DNA of 64,000 bases, from assembly GCA_002779995.1 (NCBI GenBank), contig PEWX01000115.1:20016-84015 (forward strand), written 5' to 3'. The notes below the pieces were generated by a model, which had not been told where the DNA came from, did no database searches, and was given only the letters and a program-made list of their open reading frames with translations. Source of the stretch: Piscirickettsiaceae bacterium CG07_land_8_20_14_0_80_44_28. GTDB lineage: Bacteria; Pseudomonadota; Gammaproteobacteria; Thiomicrospirales; Thiomicrospiraceae. Every line of letters begins with the position of its first letter. The first letter of the stretch is position 1. Position numbers and translations under genes: made by a program. Of the stretch, positions 9,371 to 19,099 are shown piece after piece.

Positions 9371-10432
9371 ATGACGGCTAACTCGCCCCCGACTTCAACC
9401 ATTAAATTAACCGAATATAGCCATGGCGCCGGATGTGGTTGCAAAATTTCTCCACAATTACTGGAAGACATCCTTAAAACTCAACTTACGCTGACGCCCC
9501 ACCCAAAGCTCTTGGTGGGCAACAGCACCAAAGATGATGCGGCAGCTTATGATCTCGGCGATGGCACATCCGTATTAAGCACCACAGACTTTTTCATGCC
9601 CATTGTTGATGATCCTTTTACTTTTGGACAAATTGCTGCCACCAATGCCATCAGTGATATTTACGCCATGGGTGGCAAACCATTAATGGCCATTGCCATT
9701 TTGGGTTGGCCCATTGATACCTTGTCTGCCGAGATTGCCCAACAGGTGATTGACGGTGGTCGGGCAACCTGTGAAGCTGCGGGCATTCCTTTAGCAGGCG
9801 GCCATTCGATTGATGCACCGGAACCCATCTTTGGTCTCGCCGTCACCGGCTTGGTAGAAAATCAATTTTTAAAACGCAATGCCTCTGCTGAACCTAACGG
9901 TACGTTATTTTTAACCAAACCACTGGGCATCGGCATTCTCACTACCGCGCAAAAACAAAAAAAATTGCAACCGGAACACCTCAACACCGCCATTGATGCC
10001 ATGACCACCCTTAATCAAATCGGCCATGACCTAGCCAAACTGGATGGCGTCACAGCCTTAACCGATATTACCGGATTTGGTTTATTGGGACATCTCATTG
10101 AATTATGCGAGGGGAGCGAGATTGCTGCCCAAATTCAATATGACAAACTGCCCCTGCTACCGCATGTGCTCGACTATTTATCACAAGGTTGTACCCCCGG
10201 CGGCAGTGAACGTAATTTTGCCAGTTATGGTCATAAAGTCTCGCCCCTTCGTGATAACACCCAAAAAATGATTTTATGCGATCCACAAACGTCAGGGGGA
10301 TTACTGGCTGTGGTTCGCAATGATGCCATCCCTGAATTTCAAGCCTTAGCGACGGCTCAAGGGTTAACCCTTCAGGCCATTGGCACCACTCACCCAAAAT
10401 CATCACAAAGCCATTGCGTTGAGGTGATTTAA
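9371..10432 (+). CDS. selD: Selenide, water dikinase (selenophosphate synthetase) SelD, Cys-type
   Basis: 353 aa. Has the N-terminal active-site loop [10 protein letters not shown] (Cys, not Sec) and the AIR-synthase-like fold motifs DDAAAYDL and GGHSID. Confidence 0.95.
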   Translation: MTANSPPTSTIKLTEYSHGAGCGCKISPQLLEDILKTQLTLTPHPKLLVGNSTKDDAAAYDLGDGTSVLSTTDFFMPIVDDPFTFGQIAATNAISDIYAMGGKPLMAIAILGWPIDTLSAEIAQQVIDGGRATCEAAGIPLAGGHSIDAPEPIFGLAVTGLVENQFLKRNASAEPNGTLFLTKPLGIGILTTAQKQKKLQPEHLNTAIDAMTTLNQIGHDLAKLDGVTALTDITGFGLLGHLIELCEGSEIAAQIQYDKLPLLPHVLDYLSQGCTPGGSERNFASYGHKVSPLRDNTQKMILCDPQTSGGLLAVVRNDAIPEFQALATAQGLTLQAIGTTHPKSSQSHCVEVI

Positions 10433-11550
10433 TGCAGATCACTGAATTTGATGACGATTTGCCCCAAATCCAGGATTTTAAATCCATCGTGCTTGACCGT
10501 ACGCCTTTAATTGATGTGCGCGCGCCCATTGAATTCCAACAAGGGGCTTTTGAAACCGCAACCAACCTGCCATTAATGAATGATGAAGAACGCCAACAAG
10601 TCGGTCTTTGTTACAAGCAACAAGGTCATGATCATGCTGTTAGTTTAGGCCATCAATTGCTCACGCCAGCGTTAAGAGAACAAAGGATCGGCGCCTGGCA
10701 AGATTTTATTGATGCCAACCCAAATGCCTTGCTATATTGTTTTCGAGGGGGAATGCGTTCGAAAATTTCACAACAATGGCTAAAAGATCAAGGCATAGCC
10801 ATTACTCGCATAAAAGGTGGCTATAAAGCTTTTCGACGCTATTTGCTCAATCAACTTGAAAACTTAACCGAACAACTGAACCCAGAAGTGCAAACCGACT
10901 CATCTATTTTGTCCTCGATTATTTCAGGGCGCACAGGATCGGGCAAGACATTAGTCATTTCACAACTGAATCATGCCATTGATTTAGAAGGATTGGCGCA
11001 TCATAGGGGGTCTACTTTTGGTGGCTACCCAACGCCCCAGCCAACGCAAATCAATTTTGAAAACCGCTTGGCAATGGCGGTGATTCGCCAACTTGAGCAA
11101 GGTGTCAAACATCTGGTTATCGAAGATGAGTCAGCCAATATTGGTTCGATCAATATCCCTATGCCCCTTTACAGAGCGTTAAAAAAAGGACGATATATTG
11201 AATTAGACACGCCTTTGGAAAAAAGGTTACAAATTACCCATCAGGAATATGTGATTGCGACTCAAGCGCTCTACCCGAATATAGCCAAGTGGCAAGCTTT
11301 TATGCAAGCTGCTATTTTTCGCATACGCAAACGCCTGGGCGGGGAACGTTATCAGCGGGTGATGACTCAGTTTCAACAGGCGTGTGATCACCAGCAAAGA
11401 ACTCACGAAACCAGCATGCATCTTGCCTGGATCCAAACGCTACTAGTAGAATACTATGACCCCATGTATGACTATCAACAGCAAAAAAACAATCAAAACA
11501 GCCAATTCAAAGGAAACTTATCCGAGGTATTAGCCTTTTTCCAAGACTAG
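10432..11550 (+). CDS. selU: tRNA 2-selenouridine synthase (SelU/MnmH)
   Basis: 372 aa. Has an N-terminal rhodanese domain (LYCFRGGMRS) and a P-loop (GRTGSGKT). Its start overlaps the selD stop (TAATG). Confidence 0.9.
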   Translation: MQITEFDDDLPQIQDFKSIVLDRTPLIDVRAPIEFQQGAFETATNLPLMNDEERQQVGLCYKQQGHDHAVSLGHQLLTPALREQRIGAWQDFIDANPNALLYCFRGGMRSKISQQWLKDQGIAITRIKGGYKAFRRYLLNQLENLTEQLNPEVQTDSSILSSIISGRTGSGKTLVISQLNHAIDLEGLAHHRGSTFGGYPTPQPTQINFENRLAMAVIRQLEQGVKHLVIEDESANIGSINIPMPLYRALKKGRYIELDTPLEKRLQITHQEYVIATQALYPNIAKWQAFMQAAIFRIRKRLGGERYQRVMTQFQQACDHQQRTHETSMHLAWIQTLLVEYYDPMYDYQQQKNNQNSQFKGNLSEVLAFFQD

Positions 11551-11627
11551 AACCCTTTGCATGAGTGGGATGCAAAAGAAAAATGTTAACCATTTTTATT
11601 CGTGACGGCAGTTTGTGCAAAGATCTC
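11549..11627. repeat. Diverged copy of the small TIR-bounded MITE/REP-like element
   Basis: 79 bp lying between convergent selU and the GGDEF gene. The ends, AGAACCCTTTGCATGAG ... TTGTGCAAAGATCTC, resemble those of the 78-bp copy at 48483-48560. Internal AAAAATG and ATTTTTATT blocks align by eye. Confidence 0.45.
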
Positions 11628-11634
11628 AACGAGT

Positions 11635-12870
11635 TCACAGCACTTCAACACGGTTTCGACCGTTGTTTTTCGCTAAATACAAGGCCTCATCAGCACGCTT
11701 CAACAGTGCATCTAAAGCTTCACTCCCCACATAATCCGTGAGGCCAATGCTCATAGTGACTCGGCCAACGGTGTTAAACGAATACCCCTCAACCGCCCTT
11801 CTTAACTTATCTGCCAATTGCGCAATGGATGCTGCATCCCCACCCCTGACCAACAATAAAAATTCCTCACCACCCCAGCGTCCTATTAAATCGGTCGTTC
11901 TAACGGTTTCACTCAATAACCGTGCAATACCAATTAAACAATCATCACCCACATCATGACCAAATCGGTCATTAATGCTTTTAAATCGATCTACATCTAA
12001 CATCATCACACTGAGCGGGGCGCCTTCACGACTCAATCGTTTTAACTCCGTTTCCATCGCCTCTGTCATATAACGACGATTCCATAAGTTGGTCAAGGGG
12101 TCTTTCATCGCCAAGTCATTTAATGCCTGCTGCATTTTTACCTGTTCACTCACATCTTTACCCGTTGACACATAATATTCAATCTCTCCATCACGGTTAA
12201 AAATTGGACTGATCGTCATTTCTTCACAATAAGTTGAACCATCTTTACAACGGTTTACCAATCTCTGTCGGTAAGTTTTCCCGGATGAGATGGTTTGCCA
12301 CATTTCCGCAATAATTTCAGGATCTCGCAATTCTGACTTTAAGATAGCAGGGTTTTTACCAATCAATTCGGCTTCTGAATAACCTGTTTTATCTAATAAA
12401 GCTTGGTTCACAAAGATCAACTGACCGGCCTTATCGGTGATTTTAATCAAATCAGCGGTCTGATGGATGACCTGCGCAAACAATTGTAGCTTTTCTTCTG
12501 CCTCAACCGTTCGAGTCACATCAACAATTTTACCCAAAAGATGCGTCACTTCCCCAAGCGCTCCGCGCTCAAAGGTAATGCGAATATCCACCCAAACATA
12601 AGTGTGATCGGCTTTCCTCAAACGTACCCGCTCAGATAAAAAGGGCGCGCCAACCTCAGCTTGCTCTGCTACTTGTGCTTCAAGCATCATAAAGTCTTGG
12701 GGGTGAATAATGTCAGGATACGCTAATGTTTGCGACAACAGTAAATCAGGGGAATAGCCGAAATAACTAAAATTCTCCGTTAAAAATAACACTGGCCATT
12801 TGGGTGAATATTCACAATAAAACACAATCGTTTCGCTGTCATTAATCAAATTTAAAATTTTTTGATTCAT
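11635..12870 (-). CDS. PAS-domain diguanylate cyclase (GGDEF)
   Basis: Two PAS-like segments followed by a GGDEF domain (RWGGEEFLLL; NRRYM; DVDRFKSINDRFGH). The ATG at 12870 (MNQKIL) is preferred over the TTG at 12936 used by the ORF track. Confidence 0.9.
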   Translation of the reverse strand: MNQKILNLINDSETIVFYCEYSPKWPVLFLTENFSYFGYSPDLLLSQTLAYPDIIHPQDFMMLEAQVAEQAEVGAPFLSERVRLRKADHTYVWVDIRITFERGALGEVTHLLGKIVDVTRTVEAEEKLQLFAQVIHQTADLIKITDKAGQLIFVNQALLDKTGYSEAELIGKNPAILKSELRDPEIIAEMWQTISSGKTYRQRLVNRCKDGSTYCEEMTISPIFNRDGEIEYYVSTGKDVSEQVKMQQALNDLAMKDPLTNLWNRRYMTEAMETELKRLSREGAPLSVMMLDVDRFKSINDRFGHDVGDDCLIGIARLLSETVRTTDLIGRWGGEEFLLLVRGGDAASIAQLADKLRRAVEGYSFNTVGRVTMSIGLTDYVGSEALDALLKRADEALYLAKNNGRNRVEVL

Positions 12871-13056
12871 TTGCTTTTCCAATTGGCCAAGAGCACAATT
12901 ATTTCTCAATCCACTATCATAAGCATTAAATCGCAATAAATGTGAAGAGTTCTATAAAAGATATTACAACTTAATCAATTTAATTTATTAGAATTATTGA
13001 CTTTTTTCTACTCTTCACCCCAATAGCCCGGCATGGCGTTTTAAACAACCGCTGAG

Positions 13057-13101
13057 AGGCTTTAGCAAAAGCCTTTTCAAATTACGTTAAAATAAGCCTC
13101 A
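13057..13101 (+). promoter_or_regulatory. Mutually exclusive hairpins in the leader of the nuclease gene
   Basis: Hairpin 1: AGGCTTT (13057-13063) pairs with AAAGCCT (13068-13074), followed by TTT. Hairpin 2: CTGAG..GCTT (13052-13062) pairs with AAGCCTCAG (13093-13101). The two hairpins share bases 13059-13062. Confidence 0.3.
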
Positions 13102-13120
13102 GAAAAACGAAACGGTTCAA

Positions 13121-14062
13121 ATGAATAATCGCAACTTGAGATCTTTAGGCTTTAACCCTATGCGCCCAAACCCCCTACCCAAAACACCGCTGCGACTCTT
13201 TTTTAAAGCACTAGCCACCCAACCGAAATTATTGCAACTCAGTTTTTTCTGGTTACCGATGATTTCTGGTTTTTTGCTACTGATTGCGGGAGCGGTTTAT
13301 GGCTATGAAACCGAAATTGCCAGACCCAGTATGGTGTATATGGGCGTGCCCAAAACCCAACAGAACTTAGACAATTTAACCCATATTCTGCGCAATCAAG
13401 GTTTTATGCTCGCCTATTCCGAAAAACTGGCCAATCCGCTTTGGGTGACTTATCAAGTCACTCAAAGCCAAAAACCTTTTGGCAAACGCCCCCGTTTTCA
13501 AACCGACTGGCGTTCCCTAAAACGCATTCGATACCAAGACTATACAGGCAGTGGTTACAGTCGTGGTCACAATGCCCCCAATTACGTCATTGCCAGCCGC
13601 TATGGTTATAAAGCGCAACAACAAACCTTTTTAATGACCAATATTTCACCGCAACTGACAGAGTTTAATACCAAAATTTGGCAACGCCTTGAGGAGGTCA
13701 GTGCAGATTATTTTTCAAAATGGTATCCCAAATTTTGGGTAATGACCGGGCCTATTTTTGATCCCAAACCCAAATGGCTAACCACTGCTAAAATTGCAAT
13801 TCCGAAGGCCTTTTATAAAATTTTTATTCGCCCGGCGGACAAAGGAATCTCGCCAATTGCTTTGGCTTTTGTTATGCCGCAAACCGCGCCTGAAGATGGA
13901 AATTTGTTAGACTATGTCACCACCATTGATGAAGTTGAATCGCTAACAGGCATTGATTTTTTTTGGCAACTGGATGATCGGATTGAAGAGACCCTGGAAG
14001 CCTCTAAAAATGACCAGGCCTGGCGACTTTCCGAAGTGGCGCAATTACCGAGCCGTTATTAA
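13121..14062 (+). CDS. Membrane-anchored DNA/RNA non-specific endonuclease (EndoG/NucA family)
   Basis: 313 aa. Has an N-terminal TM anchor and an active-site-like segment GYSRGHNAPN (the family motif is DRGH, with N downstream). Confidence 0.85.
   Translation: MNNRNLRSLGFNPMRPNPLPKTPLRLFFKALATQPKLLQLSFFWLPMISGFLLLIAGAVYGYETEIARPSMVYMGVPKTQQNLDNLTHILRNQGFMLAYSEKLANPLWVTYQVTQSQKPFGKRPRFQTDWRSLKRIRYQDYTGSGYSRGHNAPNYVIASRYGYKAQQQTFLMTNISPQLTEFNTKIWQRLEEVSADYFSKWYPKFWVMTGPIFDPKPKWLTTAKIAIPKAFYKIFIRPADKGISPIALAFVMPQTAPEDGNLLDYVTTIDEVESLTGIDFFWQLDDRIEETLEASKNDQAWRLSEVAQLPSRY
14014..14023. repeat. CCAGGCCTGG palindrome copy (exact), inside the nuclease CDS
   Basis: Flanks are aaaaatga / cgactttc. 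Encodes K-N-D-Q-A-W. Confidence 0.95.
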
Positions 14063-14112
14063 CAGCATAAAAACATAAGGGCAACTCGATTAACCCTAAG
14101 AATGGGAGGCCT

Positions 14113-15252
14113 ATGAAACGTCGAAACTTTTTAACACTAATCGGCTTGAGCGCTTTAAGCGGCATCACCGGATGCCAACCCAGCCAGATCCGTCAAAGTT
14201 TAAAGTCTGCCCAACAACTCTCTAACGGCGATTTACCTAGCGCCGTCACTGCACACATTCCCATTACCGGTAACGCCCAAATCGACCAACTGGTTAAACG
14301 TCAAATTAAGTCACTTGTTGCCGAGCTGACCAAAACCTGGGGGGATAAAAAAGTCGCCTCGCCCAAAGAATATGTGAAATATACCGATCATTATCAAAGC
14401 CGCGCCTTGGTCAATTTTAAGAGCGGACAAATACGCGTTGAAACCCTAATCGACCAGGCGTCTAAACAAACATTAAAAGCCGCGATTATCAGTACCCTGC
14501 TCACGCCGGAAAACCCTTCAAAAGTCGATTTGCTATCAGATAAACGCATCGCCACCGGGCAACAGCCTTTTTTATATGAGCTAGTGCTGGATCAAGATAA
14601 CAAACCTATTGCTACCGAATGGCGTGCCAATCGCTATGCGGATTTTTTGATAAAAACAGCCTACCAATCTGATCGCTACAACCAAAAAACCCGTCATTTT
14701 GTCCTCTTCAATATGGTCAAAAACCATACCCAATCGCAACAGCGCCACTATGCGGCACAAGTCATGCGACACAGTCAACGATTTCAATTAGAACCCGCCT
14801 TAGTGTATGCCATTATTGAAACCGAAAGTGCCTTCAATCCCTATGCAATGAGTCATATCCCGGCTTATGGACTGATGCAAATTGTTCCCCAATCCGCAGG
14901 ACGAGATGCCTATCGTTTTTTATACAAGAAAGACGGTACACCGACCAAAAACTATCTGCTTCAAGCGGACAACAACATCGAAATGGGGGCGGTTTATCTG
15001 CACCTGCTTTTCACACGATATTTAGCAAAAATCACCCACCCAAAATCACAGGAATATTGTTGTATCGCTGCCTATAACACCGGCAGTGGCAATGTCTTGA
15101 AAGCATTTGATGCCGATCGCCAACAAGCCGTGGATAAAATCAATTCGCTCAATGCCGATCAGGTTTATCGTCATTTACGCAGTCACCTTAAATACCAAGA
15201 AGCGCGTCATTACCTTGAAAAAGTCACCGAGAAAAAACAGGCTTATCTTTAA
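14113..15252 (+). CDS. mltC: Membrane-bound lytic murein transglycosylase C-like lipoprotein
   Basis: 379 aa. Has a lipobox (LSGITGC) and an SLT catalytic region (IIETESAFNPYAMSHIPAYGLMQIV, AAYNTGSGNV). Confidence 0.85.
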   Translation: MKRRNFLTLIGLSALSGITGCQPSQIRQSLKSAQQLSNGDLPSAVTAHIPITGNAQIDQLVKRQIKSLVAELTKTWGDKKVASPKEYVKYTDHYQSRALVNFKSGQIRVETLIDQASKQTLKAAIISTLLTPENPSKVDLLSDKRIATGQQPFLYELVLDQDNKPIATEWRANRYADFLIKTAYQSDRYNQKTRHFVLFNMVKNHTQSQQRHYAAQVMRHSQRFQLEPALVYAIIETESAFNPYAMSHIPAYGLMQIVPQSAGRDAYRFLYKKDGTPTKNYLLQADNNIEMGAVYLHLLFTRYLAKITHPKSQEYCCIAAYNTGSGNVLKAFDADRQQAVDKINSLNADQVYRHLRSHLKYQEARHYLEKVTEKKQAYL

Positions 15253-15346
15253 GGGTTGGGTTGCTTATAATAGACGCCTTATTAACAGCTGATGACGGCA
15301 CAACCAGACTGCATCACCATCAAAAACCCAACATAAAGACAGACCC

Positions 15347-16084
15347 ATGAAAGACACCCTTTACGCTCAAGCATACGAAGCAGTTGGCGCATTTCAATTT
15401 GACGACGCCGTTGTGACCGTTTTCCCGGATATGATTCAACGATCCGTGCCGGGTTACCAAACCATTTTGACCGGCATTGGCGAACTGACCGCCCAATACG
15501 CCCAACCTCATAGCCAGCTGTATGATTTGGGCTGTTCTTTGGGCGCAGCAACCTTAACCATGCGTCGCCACCTTGCTTTTTCAAATTGTAAAATCATTGG
15601 CATTGACACCTCACAGCCGATGATTGATCGTGCCCAAGAGCACTTAAACAGTTTTCATTCCGAGGTGCCGGTTGAGTTGATTTGTGGCGATATGACCCAC
15701 CTGACTATCGAAAAGGCATCGGTAGTTGTATTAAACTTTACCTTACAATTTATTGAGCCAAATCTGCGCCAAACACTCATAAATCGAATCTATGAAGGGT
15801 TAAACCCCGGAGGGATACTAATTTTATCGGAAAAAGTGCACTTTGATTCTACTGACTTTCAAACTGCCATTGAGCATCTACATTTACAATTTAAACGCGC
15901 CAATGGCTATTCCGAATTGGAAATTGCCCAAAAGCGTGTTGCCTTAGAAAATGTCTTACAAAGTGATCAGCCCAGCACCCACTTAGAACGGTTTGCCAAA
16001 GCAGGTTTTGAAACCGCCGGAAGCTGGTTTCAAGCCTATAACTTTATGTCATTCCTGGCGATAAAAGCACCCTTTGCCAAATAG
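15347..16084 (+). CDS. cmoA: Carboxy-S-adenosyl-L-methionine synthase CmoA
   Basis: 245 aa. Has the N-terminus FQFDDAVVTVFPDMIQRSVPGY, the SAM-binding motif YDLGCSLG, and ILSEK. Confidence 0.95.
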   Translation: MKDTLYAQAYEAVGAFQFDDAVVTVFPDMIQRSVPGYQTILTGIGELTAQYAQPHSQLYDLGCSLGAATLTMRRHLAFSNCKIIGIDTSQPMIDRAQEHLNSFHSEVPVELICGDMTHLTIEKASVVVLNFTLQFIEPNLRQTLINRIYEGLNPGGILILSEKVHFDSTDFQTAIEHLHLQFKRANGYSELEIAQKRVALENVLQSDQPSTHLERFAKAGFETAGSWFQAYNFMSFLAIKAPFAK

Positions 16085-16093
16085 AGGTTCCAC

Positions 16094-17092
16094 GTGAAAC
16101 AGTATCATCAACACCTTGAAAACTTCTTTGAAAAACTCAAAGCCCTCCATCTCGGCCATTGGCAACCACAACTGCAAGTCTTAACCCAGACAGCACTTGA
16201 TTCCAATAGCAACGGCAATATCGGACGTTGGCTTCCCGCCCTAAATGCCATCACCCAATACCCGAATGCCTCAGAAATTGAGCTTAATCAGTCCGCTATT
16301 TACGCGAAAACACCAAGCCTCTCTAAACAAGATCAAGTGCGTTTAGAATCTTATTTAAAAGCCTTGATGCCATGGCGAAAAGGGCCTTTTCAAATCAACC
16401 AGACGGTTATTGATACCGAATGGCGCTCTGATTGGAAATGGGATCGCGTCCTGCCGCATCTCAGCCCGCTAACAGATAGAAAGGTATTAGATATTGGCTG
16501 TGGCAGCGGCTATCATTTGTGGCGAATGTTGGGGGCGGGTGCCAAAGCAGTTGTCGGTGTCGATCCCAGTTTATTATTTATGACCCAATTTTTAACCATT
16601 AAGCATTTTATTGGAAAAAACACACCAGCCTATTTTTTACCCTTTACCCTCGAACAACTCCCCAAAACCGAACCGACAGGTATGTTTGATACCGTTTTTT
16701 CGATGGGGGTGCTATATCACCGCCGCTCACCCATTGATCATCTGATCGACTTAAAACGCTATTTAAAACCAGGCGGTGAACTGATCTTGGAGACATTAGT
16801 CATCCCAGAACAACAAGGGCAATTATTAGTGCCCAAAGATCGTTATGCACAAATGAATAATGTTTGGTTTATTCCTTCCGTTCGTGAATTAACCCGCTGG
16901 CTTGAAAAATGTGGCTACAAAAATGTGCGTTGTGTCGACGTTGACCAAACTTCAACGGATGAACAGCGAACCACTGAATGGATGGACTGGAAATCTTTAG
17001 CTGACTTCCTCGATCCACACGACAACAACAAAACCATTGAAGGTTATAGCGCCCCATTAAGAGCCGTTATAATTGCCAACAAACCTGTTTAA
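16094..17092 (+). CDS. cmoB: tRNA U34 carboxymethyltransferase CmoB
   Basis: 332 aa, with a GTG start preceded by AGAGG. Has LMPWRKGPF, IDTEWRSDWKWDRVLPHL and DIGCGSGYH, all strongly CmoB-like. Confidence 0.95.
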   Translation: MKQYHQHLENFFEKLKALHLGHWQPQLQVLTQTALDSNSNGNIGRWLPALNAITQYPNASEIELNQSAIYAKTPSLSKQDQVRLESYLKALMPWRKGPFQINQTVIDTEWRSDWKWDRVLPHLSPLTDRKVLDIGCGSGYHLWRMLGAGAKAVVGVDPSLLFMTQFLTIKHFIGKNTPAYFLPFTLEQLPKTEPTGMFDTVFSMGVLYHRRSPIDHLIDLKRYLKPGGELILETLVIPEQQGQLLVPKDRYAQMNNVWFIPSVRELTRWLEKCGYKNVRCVDVDQTSTDEQRTTEWMDWKSLADFLDPHDNNKTIEGYSAPLRAVIIANKPV

Positions 17093-17136
17093 CCCCAATC
17101 TTTCATAAAGTTGTGACACTCTCAACACTGACGCCA

Positions 17137-17164
17137 TTGAGAATTGTTTTAAAGCTCTTATAAT
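17137..17164 (+). promoter_or_regulatory. Sigma70-type promoter for Bat-like operon B
   Basis: TTGAGA (17137-17142), a 16-nt spacer, then TATAAT (17159-17164). The ORF-track ATG at 17163 lies inside the -10 box, so it is unlikely to be the real start. Confidence 0.5.
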
Positions 17165-17210
17165 GTTGCAATTGATTTATCAACACTGCCCTATCGAAAC
17201 AGGAACGAAG

Positions 17211-18182
17211 ATGTCATCACTTTCAGAATTACACCATAAAGTTCATAGCTTACTGGCACACTTAGATCAGCAAATTATTGGTCAATCACACTTAACACAA
17301 CGCATGCTCATAGCGCTACTCGCTGAGGGGCATATTTTGGTTGAAGGCCCCCCAGGCCTGGCCAAAACCAAGGCGATTAAAACCTTGGCAGGGCTGATTG
17401 AAGGAGACTATCACCGCATTCAATTTACCCCTGACTTACTGCCTTCAGATATTACCGGTACCGATATTTTTCACCAAAAAACCGGGGAATTTAGCTTGCA
17501 AAAAGGGCCGATTTTTCACAATTTGATTTTGGCAGATGAAATTAATCGCGCACCCGCCAAAGTGCAGTCTGCTCTGCTTGAAGCCATGGCAGAACATCAA
17601 GTCACTGTCGGCCAAAAAACCTTGTCGATGGCCAAACTGTTTATGGTGATGGCCACCCAAAACCCCATTGAGCAAGAAGGCACCTACCCACTCCCTGAAG
17701 CGCAACTGGATCGTTTTATGATGCACCTGCGTATTGATTATCCAGACAGTGAAGCGGAAAAGCGGATTCTCGAATTGGTGGAATCAGAGGCAAAAGCCAC
17801 ACACTCTTTAGCTGTTGAAATGCTTTCCCAGCAGGAATTGTTTCAAATTCGCCAAGATATTTTGAACCTTTACATGTCTGAAGACACCAAAACCTATCTG
17901 GTGGAATTGGTTATGGCAACCCGTCACGCTGAAAAATACAACCCTGAGTTGGCCAGCGCGATTGAGTATGGTGTCAGCCCTAGGGCAACCACTGCATTAT
18001 CGCGGGCAGCCAGAGCTTTGGCCTGGCTAAACGGCCAAACCTTTGTGACCCCGGCAGAAGTTCAAGCGGTAGTGCACGACGTGTTTCGTCATCGACTATT
18101 GCTGAGTTTTGAGGCGGAAGCCACGGGTAAAACCGTTGATGCCATTATTGATGAATTAATTGCACGGGTACCCGTTATCTAA
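17211..18182 (+). CDS. MoxR-family AAA+ ATPase, first gene of Bat-like operon B
   Basis: Has Walker A GPPGLAKT, Walker B ILADEINRA, QFTPDLLPSDITG and ATQNPIEQEGTYPLPEAQLDRF. The start is moved to the ATG at 17211 (MSSLSE), which is preceded by AGGAA. By eye, roughly half of residues are identical to the operon A MoxR. Confidence 0.9.
   Translation: MSSLSELHHKVHSLLAHLDQQIIGQSHLTQRMLIALLAEGHILVEGPPGLAKTKAIKTLAGLIEGDYHRIQFTPDLLPSDITGTDIFHQKTGEFSLQKGPIFHNLILADEINRAPAKVQSALLEAMAEHQVTVGQKTLSMAKLFMVMATQNPIEQEGTYPLPEAQLDRFMMHLRIDYPDSEAEKRILELVESEAKATHSLAVEMLSQQELFQIRQDILNLYMSEDTKTYLVELVMATRHAEKYNPELASAIEYGVSPRATTALSRAARALAWLNGQTFVTPAEVQAVVHDVFRHRLLLSFEAEATGKTVDAIIDELIARVPVI
17352..17361. repeat. CCAGGCCTGG palindrome copy (exact), in the MoxR Walker A codons
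   Basis: Encodes P-G-L of GPPGLAKT. Confidence 0.95.
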
Positions 18183-19099
18183 TGTCTGAAAGCCCGCAAC
18201 TGTATAGTCAACTTGAAAACTTACTGGCTTGGCGATTTCAACTGAAACGCTATCGCTTAAGCCCCCAGCAAAAGTTAATCGCCAGTAAAGGCGGCTACCA
18301 ACAAGCCGTGCGTAAAGGCAGAGGCATGGCGTTTTTAGAAGTGCGCGAATACACTCCGGGTGATGAAATTCGTCATATTGACTGGAAGGTCAGTGCACGC
18401 ACCCAGAAGCCACACACCAAAGTGTTTGCCGAAGAACTGGAAACCCCTGTGATCTGTGTTATCGAACAAACGCCCCCGTTATTTTTTGGCTCAAATGTCC
18501 GCTTTAAAGCCGACCAAGCACTCAATCTCATGGCAATACTCGGTTGGATCAGCTTACACAGTGGAGATCGTTTTGGCGGGGCAGTGTTTAACCATCTAAC
18601 CCATCAATGGTTAGAACCCAAACATCAGCTCAAAACACTGATGTATTTTTTACAACAAGCCATTGATTTGCAATCGCAACTCAATAGTCCCGGCCAATCG
18701 CAATCCACCCACTGGACAACGCAGTTAGCACAGTGCCAAAAGAGACTTCGGCCTGGCAGCCGATTGATTTTAATCGGCGATTTTATTCACCAGCCACCTA
18801 ATTTCATCCAGCAATTGAGACAATTGAAAAAACATACCGATATCACCCTAATTCATATCAGCGATCCGATTGAGAAACACTTGCCGGATCAAGGCGTCTT
18901 GACGTTAAGCAACGGAAACACCCTGCTCCACCTTAACAGCAGTGACCCAAAACAACGCCAAGCCTATGCCTTATCCTATCAAAACGCATGGCAAGGATTA
19001 CAACAACAATTGCAACCCCTTCATATCCCTTTAGTGGATATTTCAACCGACCAAGACCCTCTGCAAGGGTTAATCGCGCAAGGGGTTGTGCACCGATGA
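18182..19099 (+). CDS. DUF58 family protein, operon B
   Basis: 305 aa. Has the motif YTPGDEIRHIDWKVSART..TKVFAEE. Its start overlaps the MoxR stop. Confidence 0.85.
   Translation: MSESPQLYSQLENLLAWRFQLKRYRLSPQQKLIASKGGYQQAVRKGRGMAFLEVREYTPGDEIRHIDWKVSARTQKPHTKVFAEELETPVICVIEQTPPLFFGSNVRFKADQALNLMAILGWISLHSGDRFGGAVFNHLTHQWLEPKHQLKTLMYFLQQAIDLQSQLNSPGQSQSTHWTTQLAQCQKRLRPGSRLILIGDFIHQPPNFIQQLRQLKKHTDITLIHISDPIEKHLPDQGVLTLSNGNTLLHLNSSDPKQRQAYALSYQNAWQGLQQQLQPLHIPLVDISTDQDPLQGLIAQGVVHR

Noticed and set aside
15282-15584. A 100-aa minus-strand ORF spanning the mltC/cmoA gap and the cmoA start.
   Set aside because: It overlaps the well-supported cmoA N-terminus on the opposite strand, has no recognisable motif, and has an arginine-rich composition typical of an antisense frame.
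17163-17210. N-terminal extensions in the ORF track: MoxR-B at 17163, DUF4381-B at 18988, VWA-TPR-B at 20548, MscS-like at 9317, GGDEF at 12936, DoxX at 61618.
   Set aside because: The upstream starts fall inside a promoter -10 box or inside the preceding gene, or they use TTG/GTG without an RBS. Internal ATG codons with Shine-Dalgarno sequences or ATGA-type coupling overlaps fit better.
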